Source: an uncultured Campylobacterales bacterium
GTDB taxonomy: Bacteria > Campylobacterota > Campylobacteria > Campylobacterales > Sulfurospirillaceae
Assembly: GCA_964598135.1 (NCBI GenBank)
Contig: CAZRAK010000001.1
Span: 1-63,924, forward strand
Reading direction: 5' to 3'
DNA length: 63,924 bases
In this document: positions 1 through 9,279 of the stretch, piece by piece
Numbering within the stretch: position 1 is the stretch's first letter
Layout: each line of letters begins with the position of its first letter
Translations under genes and position numbers: made by a program
Notes under the pieces: generated by a model
Database searches by the model: none
Told to the model about the DNA's origin: nothing
What the model saw: only the letters and a program-made list of their open reading frames with translations

Positions 1-327
1 TTTGAAACTTTTTGTTGGGATAATTTTAGTATAAAAAATTTTGACATAATAATAAACACGACTCCAGCGGGACTAAAAGATGAAAATTTACCCTTGGAAA
101 AACAACTACTTTCAAAATTAATGGCTAGAGCAAACTATGCTTTTGATGTAATCTATGGAAAAACTACACCATTTTTAGCACTAGCAGATAAAAATAAATT
201 ATCCTACAAAGATGGGAAAGATATGCTTTTGCACCAAGCATCTATCGCCTTTAACCTCTTTTATAATAAAAAATTTGATTTAGATATAATTGAAAATTAT
301 ATGAAAAAAGCTATGGATTTATTATAA
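1..327 (+). CDS. aroE: Shikimate dehydrogenase, C-terminal part (5'-truncated by window)
   Basis: Frame open from base 1 (FDIIINTTPAGL...FDVIYGKTTPFL...DGKDMLLHQA), typical AroE motifs. Confidence 0.9.
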   Translation, partial: FETFCWDNFSIKNFDIIINTTPAGLKDENLPLEKQLLSKLMARANYAFDVIYGKTTPFLALADKNKLSYKDGKDMLLHQASIAFNLFYNKKFDLDIIENYMKKAMDLL

Positions 328-380
328 TTTCAGTACTTTTTAAATAGAATATAAAGTTAAAATTTTATTAAAGGAAAAAT

Positions 381-1451
381 ATGAAACATTTATTTAAACT
401 TATGTGGATATTTGCAGCTATCGGGCTAGCTACTAGTAACTTATATGCAGCAAAAAAAATTCATTGGAGAGTTGCTCTTAGTTGGCCAAGTACATTAACA
501 CCACTTGCAAGCCCTCCTATTAAACTAGCAAAACTAGTAAAAAAGATGACAAATGGTAACTTTATCATAAAGGTTGAAGGTGCGGAAAAGACAAAATCTG
601 CTCTTGGTGTATTTGACATGGTAAAAGGTGGAGCTTTTCAAATGGGTCATACAGGCTCATACTACTATATAGGAAAAGATATAAATACTGTATGGTTTAC
701 AACAATTCCATGGGGTATGACAAAAGCTGAACAAGATGCTTGGTACTACTATGGAAATGGAATGAAGTTCATGGAAAAAGTGTATGGAAAATATGGCATG
801 CTAGCCTTTCCAGGAGGAAATACAGGCGTTCAAATGGGTGGCTGGTTTAGAAAAGAGATTAATAGTGTTAATGATTTAAAAGGTCTTAAGATGAGAATCC
901 CTGGATTTGCAGGTAAAGTTATGGCCAAACTTGGAGTTAGTGTTGTAAACATTCCTGGTGGCGAACTCTATACTGCACTAGATCGTGGTACTCTTGATGC
1001 ACTTGAGTGGGTAGGACCTGGAATGGATATCAAAATGGGCTTTTACAAAGTTGCACCATACTACTACACAGGATGGCATGAACCTGCAAGTGAAATGACT
1101 TTTTTAATCAATAAAAAAGCATTTAATAAGCTTCCAAAAAATTATCAGGTTATACTTGTCACAGCTATGCAGGCTGTAAGTGCTAATATGTTTATGGAAA
1201 ATTTTGCCGCTAGTGCAAATGCTTGGGCTAGAATGAAAAAAGAGTACCCGAACATCAAAGTTAAAACTTTTCCAAAACCAGTTCTTAAAGCCATGAAAAA
1301 GGCAACTGATGAGATTATGCAAAGCTATGCTGATAAAAATCCTCTTTTCAAAAAAATCTGGAATGATCAAAAAGCTTTTACAAAAAAAGCTAGAAAATGG
1401 TCTTATATGTCAAGATACTATTATCTAAAAGCTTCAAAAGAAGTACAATAA
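381..1451 (+). CDS. dctP: TRAP transporter periplasmic substrate-binding protein (DctP/TakP-like)
   Basis: Signal peptide; GGNTGVQMGGWFRKEI, DLKGLKMRIPG and YYYTGWHEP motifs; SD AAGGA. Confidence 0.9.
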   Translation: MKHLFKLMWIFAAIGLATSNLYAAKKIHWRVALSWPSTLTPLASPPIKLAKLVKKMTNGNFIIKVEGAEKTKSALGVFDMVKGGAFQMGHTGSYYYIGKDINTVWFTTIPWGMTKAEQDAWYYYGNGMKFMEKVYGKYGMLAFPGGNTGVQMGGWFRKEINSVNDLKGLKMRIPGFAGKVMAKLGVSVVNIPGGELYTALDRGTLDALEWVGPGMDIKMGFYKVAPYYYTGWHEPASEMTFLINKKAFNKLPKNYQVILVTAMQAVSANMFMENFAASANAWARMKKEYPNIKVKTFPKPVLKAMKKATDEIMQSYADKNPLFKKIWNDQKAFTKKARKWSYMSRYYYLKASKEVQ

Positions 1452-1457
1452 ATTCTT

Positions 1458-1481
1458 TGACCAGCTTTAAAAGGCTGGTCA
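1458..1481 (+). other. Intercistronic stem-loop after dctP (mRNA-stabilising or partial terminator)
   Basis: TGACCAGCTT-TAAA-AGGCTGGTCA, 10-bp stem, no U-tail. Confidence 0.55.
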
Positions 1482-1502
1482 CACCTCTTAGAAAGAAAAA
1501 AG

Positions 1503-2042
1503 ATGCTAATAAAAATAGAACAAAAATTCAATAAATTTATGGACTTCGTAGGAAATATTCTTATAGTAGTACTACTGCTTATGATACTAAATGTTTTTTA
1601 TGATGTTGTTATGAGATATGCTTTTCATTCTAGCTCAATTGCAATGCAGGAGATGGAGTGGCATCTATTTGCTGTTATCATACTCTTTGGAACATCCTAC
1701 TCTCTAAAAGAGAATGCACATGTTAGGGTTGACTTCTTATATGATAGATTTAGTGAAAAAACAAAAGCAATAATTAACATAGTAGGAACGCTACTGTTTT
1801 TGCTTCCATTTACTGCACTTATTATATATGGCTCTTATGCTTTTGTAATGGACTCTTATAGTGTAAATGAAACATCAGGTGACCCTGGTGGACTTAGTCA
1901 CTTATGGATTATTAAAGCCGCAATTCCCTTGTCTTTTATAATACTTTTCTTAGAAGGGCTTAATTATATAATTAAAAATATCAATATCTACAGAGGTATA
2001 GAAAAAGCGAAAAAAATAGATCCTCAAGGGGCACTATCTTGA
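1503..2042 (+). CDS. dctQ: TRAP transporter small permease
   Basis: 4 TM segments; QEMEWHLF and HVRVDFLY motifs. Confidence 0.9.
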   Translation: MLIKIEQKFNKFMDFVGNILIVVLLLMILNVFYDVVMRYAFHSSSIAMQEMEWHLFAVIILFGTSYSLKENAHVRVDFLYDRFSEKTKAIINIVGTLLFLLPFTALIIYGSYAFVMDSYSVNETSGDPGGLSHLWIIKAAIPLSFIILFLEGLNYIIKNINIYRGIEKAKKIDPQGALS

Positions 2043-3376
2043 TTGGTCTGATAATGTTTCTAGCAGCTCTCATACTGCTAGTTGTCGGCTATCCTGTTGC
2101 ATTTACATTTGGGGCGGTATCTATGTTTTTTGGGGCACTCTCTGCTTATTTTGCAGTGATGCCAGATGGTGGAACAATGGTTGATTTTATAAATGAATTT
2201 TTACAAATGTTTTCTATGATGCCATTTAGAATTTTTTCAATCATGACAAACAAAATACTTATGGCAGTACCATTATTTATATTTATGGGTATAGTTTTAC
2301 AAAAATCAGAACTTGCAACAAAACTTTTAGAATCTATGGGGGTGCTTTTTGGCAGAGTGAGAGGAGGACTTGCTGTTAGTACTGTTCTTATTGGTGCACT
2401 ACTTGCCGCTTCAACGGGCGTTGTAGGGGCTAGTGTGGTTGCTATGGGTGTTATATCTTTGCCCGTAATGCTAAAATATGGATACTCAAAAAAATTAAGT
2501 ACAGGAACGATATGTGCCGCAGGAACTCTTGGGCAGATAATTCCACCCTCTATAGTTTTAATAGTACTAGGTGATGTTTTTCAGCTACCTGTTGGGGATC
2601 TTTTCCGATTTGCTTTCTTTCCAGGTCTTACATTAGTTGGTGCATACATAATATATATACTAATTGTGGCTTATTTTGACAAAGATGCCGCACCTGCAAT
2701 TGAATTAGATTTAACTATAACAAAAAAACAAAATATCATAAAAGCATTAATTTCTATTATACCTCCTTTGGTATTAATTATTTTAGTATTGGGTTCAATC
2801 TTTGCAGGAATTGCAACTCCAACAGAATCAGCTTCAGTAGGTTCTGTTGGAGCAATAATATTAGCTGGGATTTATAGACAACTAAACATCAAAATGATAA
2901 AAGAGGCTTCAATCGGAACCATAAAAATAACTGCTATGGTTTTTGCTATCCTAATTGGAGCAACAGCATTTTCTATGGTATTTGTTTATAGTGGAGCCGA
3001 TGATATAACTGCCAATTTTATGACACATTTACCAGGTGAAAAATGGGGATTTTTAGCTCTTTCAATGCTTATTGTCATGTTTTTGGGCTTTTTTATAGAT
3101 TTTATCGAGATTTCATATATCGTTCTTCCTATTATCTTACCAATTGCCCAAACTATAGGACTTGATCCTTTATGGTTTGCAATTTTGATGGCACTAAATC
3201 TTCAGACATCTTTTTTGACACCTCCGTTTGGATTTTCACTATTTTATCTAAAAGGGGTTGCACCACCAAGTATTAAAACAACAGACATATATAAGGGTGT
3301 AATACCTTTTATACTTATTCAAGTATTAGTGCTTTTATCGGTTATATTTTTCCCTCACTTATATGGCTTTAAATAA
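2039..3376 (+). CDS. dctM: TRAP transporter large permease
   Basis: LMAVPLFIFMG, GTLGQIIPPS and SFLTPPFG motifs; TTG start overlapping dctQ stop. Confidence 0.9.
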   Translation: MIGLIMFLAALILLVVGYPVAFTFGAVSMFFGALSAYFAVMPDGGTMVDFINEFLQMFSMMPFRIFSIMTNKILMAVPLFIFMGIVLQKSELATKLLESMGVLFGRVRGGLAVSTVLIGALLAASTGVVGASVVAMGVISLPVMLKYGYSKKLSTGTICAAGTLGQIIPPSIVLIVLGDVFQLPVGDLFRFAFFPGLTLVGAYIIYILIVAYFDKDAAPAIELDLTITKKQNIIKALISIIPPLVLIILVLGSIFAGIATPTESASVGSVGAIILAGIYRQLNIKMIKEASIGTIKITAMVFAILIGATAFSMVFVYSGADDITANFMTHLPGEKWGFLALSMLIVMFLGFFIDFIEISYIVLPIILPIAQTIGLDPLWFAILMALNLQTSFLTPPFGFSLFYLKGVAPPSIKTTDIYKGVIPFILIQVLVLLSVIFFPHLYGFK

Positions 3377-3410
3377 TTTAATCGTATATAAATAAGAAAC
3401 AAGATAAAAT

Positions 3411-3473
3411 AGGGATAAATAATTGATAAAGATTTTTAGGGGTTCGCCCCTAAAAAAAGGGATAAATAAATGA
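3411..3473 (+). repeat. Duplicated SD/spacer (AGGGATAAATAA x2) flanking a perfect UUCG hairpin upstream of der; contains a 16-codon uORF
   Basis: 12-bp direct repeat 3411-3422 / 3458-3469; hairpin TTTTTAGGGG-TTCG-CCCCTAAAAA at 3433-3456; TTG 3423 in frame to TGA 3471-3473. Confidence 0.6.
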
Positions 3474-4855
3474 AAACTATAGCAATAATTGGCAAACCAA
3501 ATGTTGGTAAAAGCTCACTTTTTAATAGGATTGCAAAACAGAGAATTGCTATAACATCTGACTTTAGCGGGACTACAAGAGATGTGAAGGAACATATAGT
3601 AGAAGTATCAGAAAAACCATGCAAGATACTAGATACTGGCGGATTAGATGACTCAAATGAAATCTTTGAAAATGTAAGAAAAAAATCCTTGCAAGCTAGT
3701 AAAATTGCAGATATTATCATCATGATGGTTGATGGCAAAACGCTTCCAGATGATGAAGATAAGAGGATATTTTACTCTTTGCAATCTCAAAACAAACCTA
3801 TAGCATTGGTTATAAACAAGATAGACAATGACAAAGAGATGCAAAGAGCTTGGGAATTTAACGAATTTGGAGCTTCAAATGTTTTTCCAATTTCTGTTTC
3901 ACACAACCGAGGGGTCACAAATCTTTTAAAATGGATATCTTCATATCTACCAGAAAACGAACCAGAACTTATTTTGGAAGTTGATGAAGATGATTTTAAT
4001 CTAAATGATTTTGAACCAAAGATTGAAGAAAAAAAAGAAGAAGTTGAAACAAATGAGATAAATGTTGCAATCATTGGCAGAGTAAATGTCGGCAAAAGCT
4101 CACTCTTAAACTCCTTGGTTGGTGAGGAGCGAGCCGTAGTCAGCTCAATTGCTGGTACCACCATAGACCCCGTTGATGAAAATATCACTTATAAAGATAA
4201 AGTCATAAATTTTGTAGATACTGCAGGTGTAAGAAGAAGAAGTAAAATTGAGGGTATAGAAAAATACGCTCTTATGCGAACAAATGCTATGCTAGAAAAT
4301 GCCGATATTGCCCTTCTTGTACTTGATTCTAGCGAACCTTTTAAAGAGCTTGATGAGAGAATTGCAAACCTAGCCGATAAAAATTATCTTGGAGTTATCA
4401 TAGTTTTGAATAAGTGGGATAAGCGACTTGAGAGTTATAAAGAGAGTATTGATGAGATTAGAGATAGATTTAAATTTTTAGCATTTGCACCAATTATCAC
4501 AGTTTCTGCTCTATCAAAACAAAGAGTATATAAGATAAAAGATTTGATTTTAAGTGTTTATGAAAACTACAAAAGAAGAATTTCAACTTCAAAGCTAAAT
4601 GAGCTTATAAAAGTAGCAACCATAAGGCATCAGCTTCCAGCGGATAAAACAAAAAGAGTGAAGATATACTTTGCTACACAATATGATATAAAACCTCCTA
4701 AAATCGCTCTTGTAATGAATAGACCAAAAGCCTTGCATTTTAGCTATAAAAGATACCTCACAAACAAACTAAGAGAAGAGTTTGAATTAGAAGGAACTCC
4801 AGTTTTAATGTATCCAAGAGCAAAAGGTGAGAAAGATGAAAGCCAGAGCAAGTAA
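3470..4855 (+). CDS. der: Ribosome biogenesis GTPase Der (EngA)
   Basis: Two tandem GTPase domains (GKPNVGKS, GRVNVGKS, DTGG/DTAG, NKID/NKWD). Confidence 0.97.
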   Translation: MKTIAIIGKPNVGKSSLFNRIAKQRIAITSDFSGTTRDVKEHIVEVSEKPCKILDTGGLDDSNEIFENVRKKSLQASKIADIIIMMVDGKTLPDDEDKRIFYSLQSQNKPIALVINKIDNDKEMQRAWEFNEFGASNVFPISVSHNRGVTNLLKWISSYLPENEPELILEVDEDDFNLNDFEPKIEEKKEEVETNEINVAIIGRVNVGKSSLLNSLVGEERAVVSSIAGTTIDPVDENITYKDKVINFVDTAGVRRRSKIEGIEKYALMRTNAMLENADIALLVLDSSEPFKELDERIANLADKNYLGVIIVLNKWDKRLESYKESIDEIRDRFKFLAFAPIITVSALSKQRVYKIKDLILSVYENYKRRISTSKLNELIKVATIRHQLPADKTKRVKIYFATQYDIKPPKIALVMNRPKALHFSYKRYLTNKLREEFELEGTPVLMYPRAKGEKDESQSK

Positions 4856-5348
4856 AAATATAGTTCTTATTGGTTTCATGGGTGTTGGAAAAGGCACAAT
4901 CGCTAGAGAATTGAGCCGACAAAGTAAACTTTTTGCCATAGATTGTGATGATTTGATAGAGAGCTTGGAAAATAAAAAAATAGATAAGATATTTGAGGAA
5001 AATGGAGAAAGATATTTTAGAGAATTAGAGAAAAAAACAGCAAAATGGCTAGAAAAAAATACAAAAAATACGATCATATCAACAGGTGGAGGTTTTTATA
5101 AAGTGGAAAATCTGAAAAAGATAGGTATTATTATATATCTTAAATCCTCATTTGATGCCATCTTTGAGAGAATTTTACATCATCCAAATGCAAAACACAA
5201 ATTAGCAAAAAGACCCCTTTTAAAAGATTTAAAAAAAGCTCAAACTCTTTTTAACAATAGAATAAAAGAGTATAAAAAATGTGCCGATATAACGATAAGT
5301 GTAGAAAATAAAACCCCAAAAGAGATAGCAAAGGAGATATTGTCATGA
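4836..5348 (+). CDS. aroK: Shikimate kinase
   Basis: IGFMGVGKG P-loop, GERYFRELE, STGGG and RPLL; ATG 4836 preferred to GTG 4827. Confidence 0.93.
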   Translation: MKARASKNIVLIGFMGVGKGTIARELSRQSKLFAIDCDDLIESLENKKIDKIFEENGERYFRELEKKTAKWLEKNTKNTIISTGGGFYKVENLKKIGIIIYLKSSFDAIFERILHHPNAKHKLAKRPLLKDLKKAQTLFNNRIKEYKKCADITISVENKTPKEIAKEILS

Positions 5349-7009
5349 CTCTAGGTGATTTAATTATAGATGTTGTAGAAAAATTAAAAGTAAAACACAT
5401 ATTTGGTGTCCCAGGTGACTATAATTTAAGGTTTCTAGATTATATCGTTGATGATGACAAACTAGAGTGGATTGGAAATTGCAATGAATTAAATGGTGCT
5501 TATGCAGCAGATGGATATGCCAGAGAAAATGGTGTTGGGGTGCTTGTTACAACACTTGGCGTTGGTGAATTAAGTGCGGCAAATGGAATAGCGGGAAGTT
5601 ATGCTCACAATATACCTGTCTTGCATATCGTAGGATATCCAAGCAGTAAAGTCATAGACCAAGATATACCAGTACATCATACACTAGCAAATTTTCAAAA
5701 AAACAGTTTCCAAGAATCATTCAGATCAATTTGTGGAGCTACTACAATATTAACAGAGACAAACTACATAGAAGAGATCCAAAGAGTGATCTCAAATATG
5801 CTAATAACTAAAAAACCTTGTTATTTGGGAATTCCAACTGATTTAGTTGATATGGATATTTCTCAAACTATAGAAGATATCTCTTTTTACTACAAAAATG
5901 GTGACAATCATATGATACATGAGGTAGGGAATATCATTATCCAAAATTATCTAAAAGCCAAAAAACCACTATTTTTATTAGGTGTAAATATTGCAAGATT
6001 TGGCTGGAGAGAGAAAATGACAAAGATACTGAAAAAAACTCAAGCAAAATTCATCACAACCCTAATGGGAAAATCAATCATAAATGAAACAAGTGTTGCA
6101 AAACCAAATTATCTAGGGATTTATGCCGCTGATTATAGCACAGAGGGTATGGTCAAACTAGTGCAAAACTCTGATTGTATCATATCAATTGGCACGGTGG
6201 AAACTGACTTAAATAGCGGAGGTTTTAGTGAAGATGGTATAGATTATGACCGCGTAATCACAATTCGACCAAATAGTATCAAAATTGGTAAAAAACTTTA
6301 CTCTGGCATAAGTGTAGATATGCTACTTGAGTATATCATAGAAAATATCTCACCAAACAATCACACAAATATAGAATTTACTCCAAAGATTCCAAAAGTT
6401 GACATACAAAATCTAAAAAATAGCAACAAAAAACTAAGCCAAAAAGAGTTTTGGCCATTAGTTGCAGGCACCATTATAAAAGACGGAGACATTGTGGTTG
6501 CCGAAGCTGGGTCTTCTCTATTTGGGCTAGTACAGCAAAACTTACCATCTAAAATTGATTTTGTTTCTCAACTTTTATGGGCTTCAATCGGATACACGCT
6601 GCCATCTTCCATAGGCTCGGCCATAGCATCACCAAACAGAAGAGTAGTCTTGTTTATAGGAGATGGCTCCTTTCAACTTACAGCCCAAGAGCTAAGCTTA
6701 ATAGCAAGATATAATTTAAATATAACTGTTTTTTTAATAAATAATCAGGGCTATACAATTGAGCGAGCCATACACGGAGCAAATCAAAAATATAACGACA
6801 TAGCAAAATGGAAATACCTTGACCTAGCAAAAGCATTAGGAATCAATAAAACTATAAGTATTAATAGTTTTAAAGAGTTTATAAATCAGATAGATGAGAT
6901 AAATAAAAAAGGTGCAAAAATGGTAGAACTTTTCTTTGATAAACTAGATTTTCCGCCTTTATTAAAGCAAATTTCAGATAAGCTTGAAGCAGCAAATAAG
7001 CAGGGATAA
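5345..7009 (+). CDS. ThDP-dependent 2-keto-acid decarboxylase (PDC/IpdC/KdcA family)
   Basis: FGVPGDYNL, GNCNELN, VHHTL, GDGSFQLTAQE and NNQGYTIERAIHG motifs. Confidence 0.9.
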   Translation: MTLGDLIIDVVEKLKVKHIFGVPGDYNLRFLDYIVDDDKLEWIGNCNELNGAYAADGYARENGVGVLVTTLGVGELSAANGIAGSYAHNIPVLHIVGYPSSKVIDQDIPVHHTLANFQKNSFQESFRSICGATTILTETNYIEEIQRVISNMLITKKPCYLGIPTDLVDMDISQTIEDISFYYKNGDNHMIHEVGNIIIQNYLKAKKPLFLLGVNIARFGWREKMTKILKKTQAKFITTLMGKSIINETSVAKPNYLGIYAADYSTEGMVKLVQNSDCIISIGTVETDLNSGGFSEDGIDYDRVITIRPNSIKIGKKLYSGISVDMLLEYIIENISPNNHTNIEFTPKIPKVDIQNLKNSNKKLSQKEFWPLVAGTIIKDGDIVVAEAGSSLFGLVQQNLPSKIDFVSQLLWASIGYTLPSSIGSAIASPNRRVVLFIGDGSFQLTAQELSLIARYNLNITVFLINNQGYTIERAIHGANQKYNDIAKWKYLDLAKALGINKTISINSFKEFINQIDEINKKGAKMVELFFDKLDFPPLLKQISDKLEAANKQG

Positions 7010-7063
7010 AAATAGTTTTAGATATAATCCAAAATTAAAATAACTAATAAACAAGAGGTTTTA

Positions 7064-8029
7064 ATGAGAGTTTTAACAGGACTTCAGCCTTCAGGTACCC
7101 TGCATATTGGGAACTATTTTGGCTCTATCAGACAAATGAAGATGCTACAAGACAGTAGTAATCTTTTTATATTTATCGCAAATTATCATGCACTAACATC
7201 ACTAAAAGATGGCAAGGCACTAAAAGAAAATACCTTAGATGCAGCTATTAATTTTCTCTCTTTAGGGATAGACCCAAACAAAAGCACATTTTGGCTTCAA
7301 TCTGATATTAAAGAAGTTTTGGAACTATACTGGATACTTTCATCCTTTACCCCCATGGGACTACTTGAGAGAGCTCACAGCTATAAAGATAAAATTGCAA
7401 AAGGAATTACGGCAAATCATGCCCTCTTCTCCTATCCTGTTTTGATGGCTGCTGATATCTTGCTTTATGACTCGCAAATAGTACCCGTAGGTAAAGATCA
7501 AATCCAACATGTTGAAATAACAAGAGATATAGCTATAAAATTTAATAATATTTTTGGCGATATACTTACCATACCAGAATTCAAGATTGATGAAGTTGTA
7601 TCAACTGTACCTGGCGTTGACGGAGCAAAGATGAGCAAGAGTTACGGAAATACCATAGATATATTTTGCACACAAAAACAGCTCAAAAAAGCAACAAGAA
7701 AGATAGTGACTGACTCTACTGCTCTTGAAGATCCAAAAGATTATGAAAGTTGCAATGTATTTGCGCTAGCAAAACTCTTTTTAGATGAAAATGGTATCAA
7801 AGAGTTAAAGCAGAGATACAAAAAAGGCGGTGAAGGATATGGGCACTTTAAAATATACCTACAAGAGTTGATTTGGGACTACTTTGAGCCAGCAAGGACA
7901 AAAAGAGAGTACTATCTAAACCATAAAGATGAAGTAAGAGATATACTGCACGAGGGTGCAAAAAAAGCAAGAAAAATAGCAGTTAAAAAAATAGAAATTA
8001 TAAAAGATAAAGTTGGTATTTTATGCTAG
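7064..8029 (+). CDS. trpS: Tryptophanyl-tRNA synthetase
   Basis: [21 protein letters not shown] and KMSKS; own -10 TATAAT at 7023-7028. Confidence 0.97.
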   Translation: MRVLTGLQPSGTLHIGNYFGSIRQMKMLQDSSNLFIFIANYHALTSLKDGKALKENTLDAAINFLSLGIDPNKSTFWLQSDIKEVLELYWILSSFTPMGLLERAHSYKDKIAKGITANHALFSYPVLMAADILLYDSQIVPVGKDQIQHVEITRDIAIKFNNIFGDILTIPEFKIDEVVSTVPGVDGAKMSKSYGNTIDIFCTQKQLKKATRKIVTDSTALEDPKDYESCNVFALAKLFLDENGIKELKQRYKKGGEGYGHFKIYLQELIWDYFEPARTKREYYLNHKDEVRDILHEGAKKARKIAVKKIEIIKDKVGILC

Positions 8030-9267
8030 ATATAAAACTAATACAAAATGATTTTGAAAATATTTGTGAAAAATTAAGAAAGAAAAAAGTCGGTGAAGAT
8101 ACTATAGAAAAACTTCGCCTTATATCAATTGAATTGAAAAACGAAAGAGCATTGCTTGAGCCTTTGCAAGCCGAACAAAATGCTAGTAGCAAACTTTTTG
8201 GAGTATGGGCAAAAGAGGGCAAAGATATAAATGAATTAAAAACGAAACTAAGCATAAACAAACAGAAGATTTCAACCCTTACTAAAGAGGTGAAAAACCT
8301 AGAGGAAAAACTCTCGCATCTTGCCTTAAATGTGCCAAATTTACCTGATGATAGTGTACCAAATGGGGAAGATGAAAGTGATAATATAGAGATAAAAAAA
8401 GTTCTTACGCCTCCTATATTTAATTTTACACCAAAAGAACATTGGGAGATTAGCGAAAATTTAATAGACTTTGAAAGAGGTGTAAAACTCTCAAAAAGCA
8501 GATTTTCTGTTCTTAAAAATAAGGCTGCAAAGCTTGAAAGAGCTTTAATAAACTATATGTTAGATTTTAATACCAAAAGAGGATTTGATGAAGTTGGGGT
8601 TCCTTATATAGTCAATAGGGAGACTCTTATTGGAACGGGGCAACTTCCAAAATTTGAAGATGACTTATTTAAGATAGAAGATGAAGAGCTTTTTCTTATT
8701 CCAACTGCGGAAGTACCTTTGACAAATCTTTTTAGAGATGAGATTATATCTGAGTCCAAACTCCCTATTAAAATGACTTCATATACCGCTTGTTTTAGAA
8801 AAGAAGCTGGAAGTGCAGGACGCGACACAAGAGGCATGATACGACAACATCAATTTGACAAAGTAGAACTTGTTTGTATTACAAAACCTGAAAATAGTGA
8901 CAAAATTTTTAATGAAATGATAGAGTGTGCAAGTGATCTTTTATCCTCTCTTGGACTTGCCCACAGATATTTGATGCTTTGCGGTGGAGATTTGGGATTT
9001 GGAGCCGCAAAAACTATAGATTTAGAAGTTTGGTTTCCAGGACAAAATAGATATAGAGAGATAAGTTCCATATCAAACACGAGAGATTTTCAAGCAAGAC
9101 GAGCAAAAATAAGATATAAAAATGGCAAAAAAAACAGATTAGTAAACACACTAAATGGCTCCTCTTTAGCCGTTGGAAGAACCATGATTGCTATCATGGA
9201 AAACTATCAAAAAGAAGATGGAAGTTTTGATATACCAGAGGTTTTAAAGAGCTATATGCAGAGATAA
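8023..9267 (+). CDS. serS: Seryl-tRNA synthetase
   Basis: [25 protein letters not shown] and TLNGSSLA motifs. Confidence 0.97.
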   Translation: MLDIKLIQNDFENICEKLRKKKVGEDTIEKLRLISIELKNERALLEPLQAEQNASSKLFGVWAKEGKDINELKTKLSINKQKISTLTKEVKNLEEKLSHLALNVPNLPDDSVPNGEDESDNIEIKKVLTPPIFNFTPKEHWEISENLIDFERGVKLSKSRFSVLKNKAAKLERALINYMLDFNTKRGFDEVGVPYIVNRETLIGTGQLPKFEDDLFKIEDEELFLIPTAEVPLTNLFRDEIISESKLPIKMTSYTACFRKEAGSAGRDTRGMIRQHQFDKVELVCITKPENSDKIFNEMIECASDLLSSLGLAHRYLMLCGGDLGFGAAKTIDLEVWFPGQNRYREISSISNTRDFQARRAKIRYKNGKKNRLVNTLNGSSLAVGRTMIAIMENYQKEDGSFDIPEVLKSYMQR

Positions 9268-9279
9268 AAAAGGTAAAAA

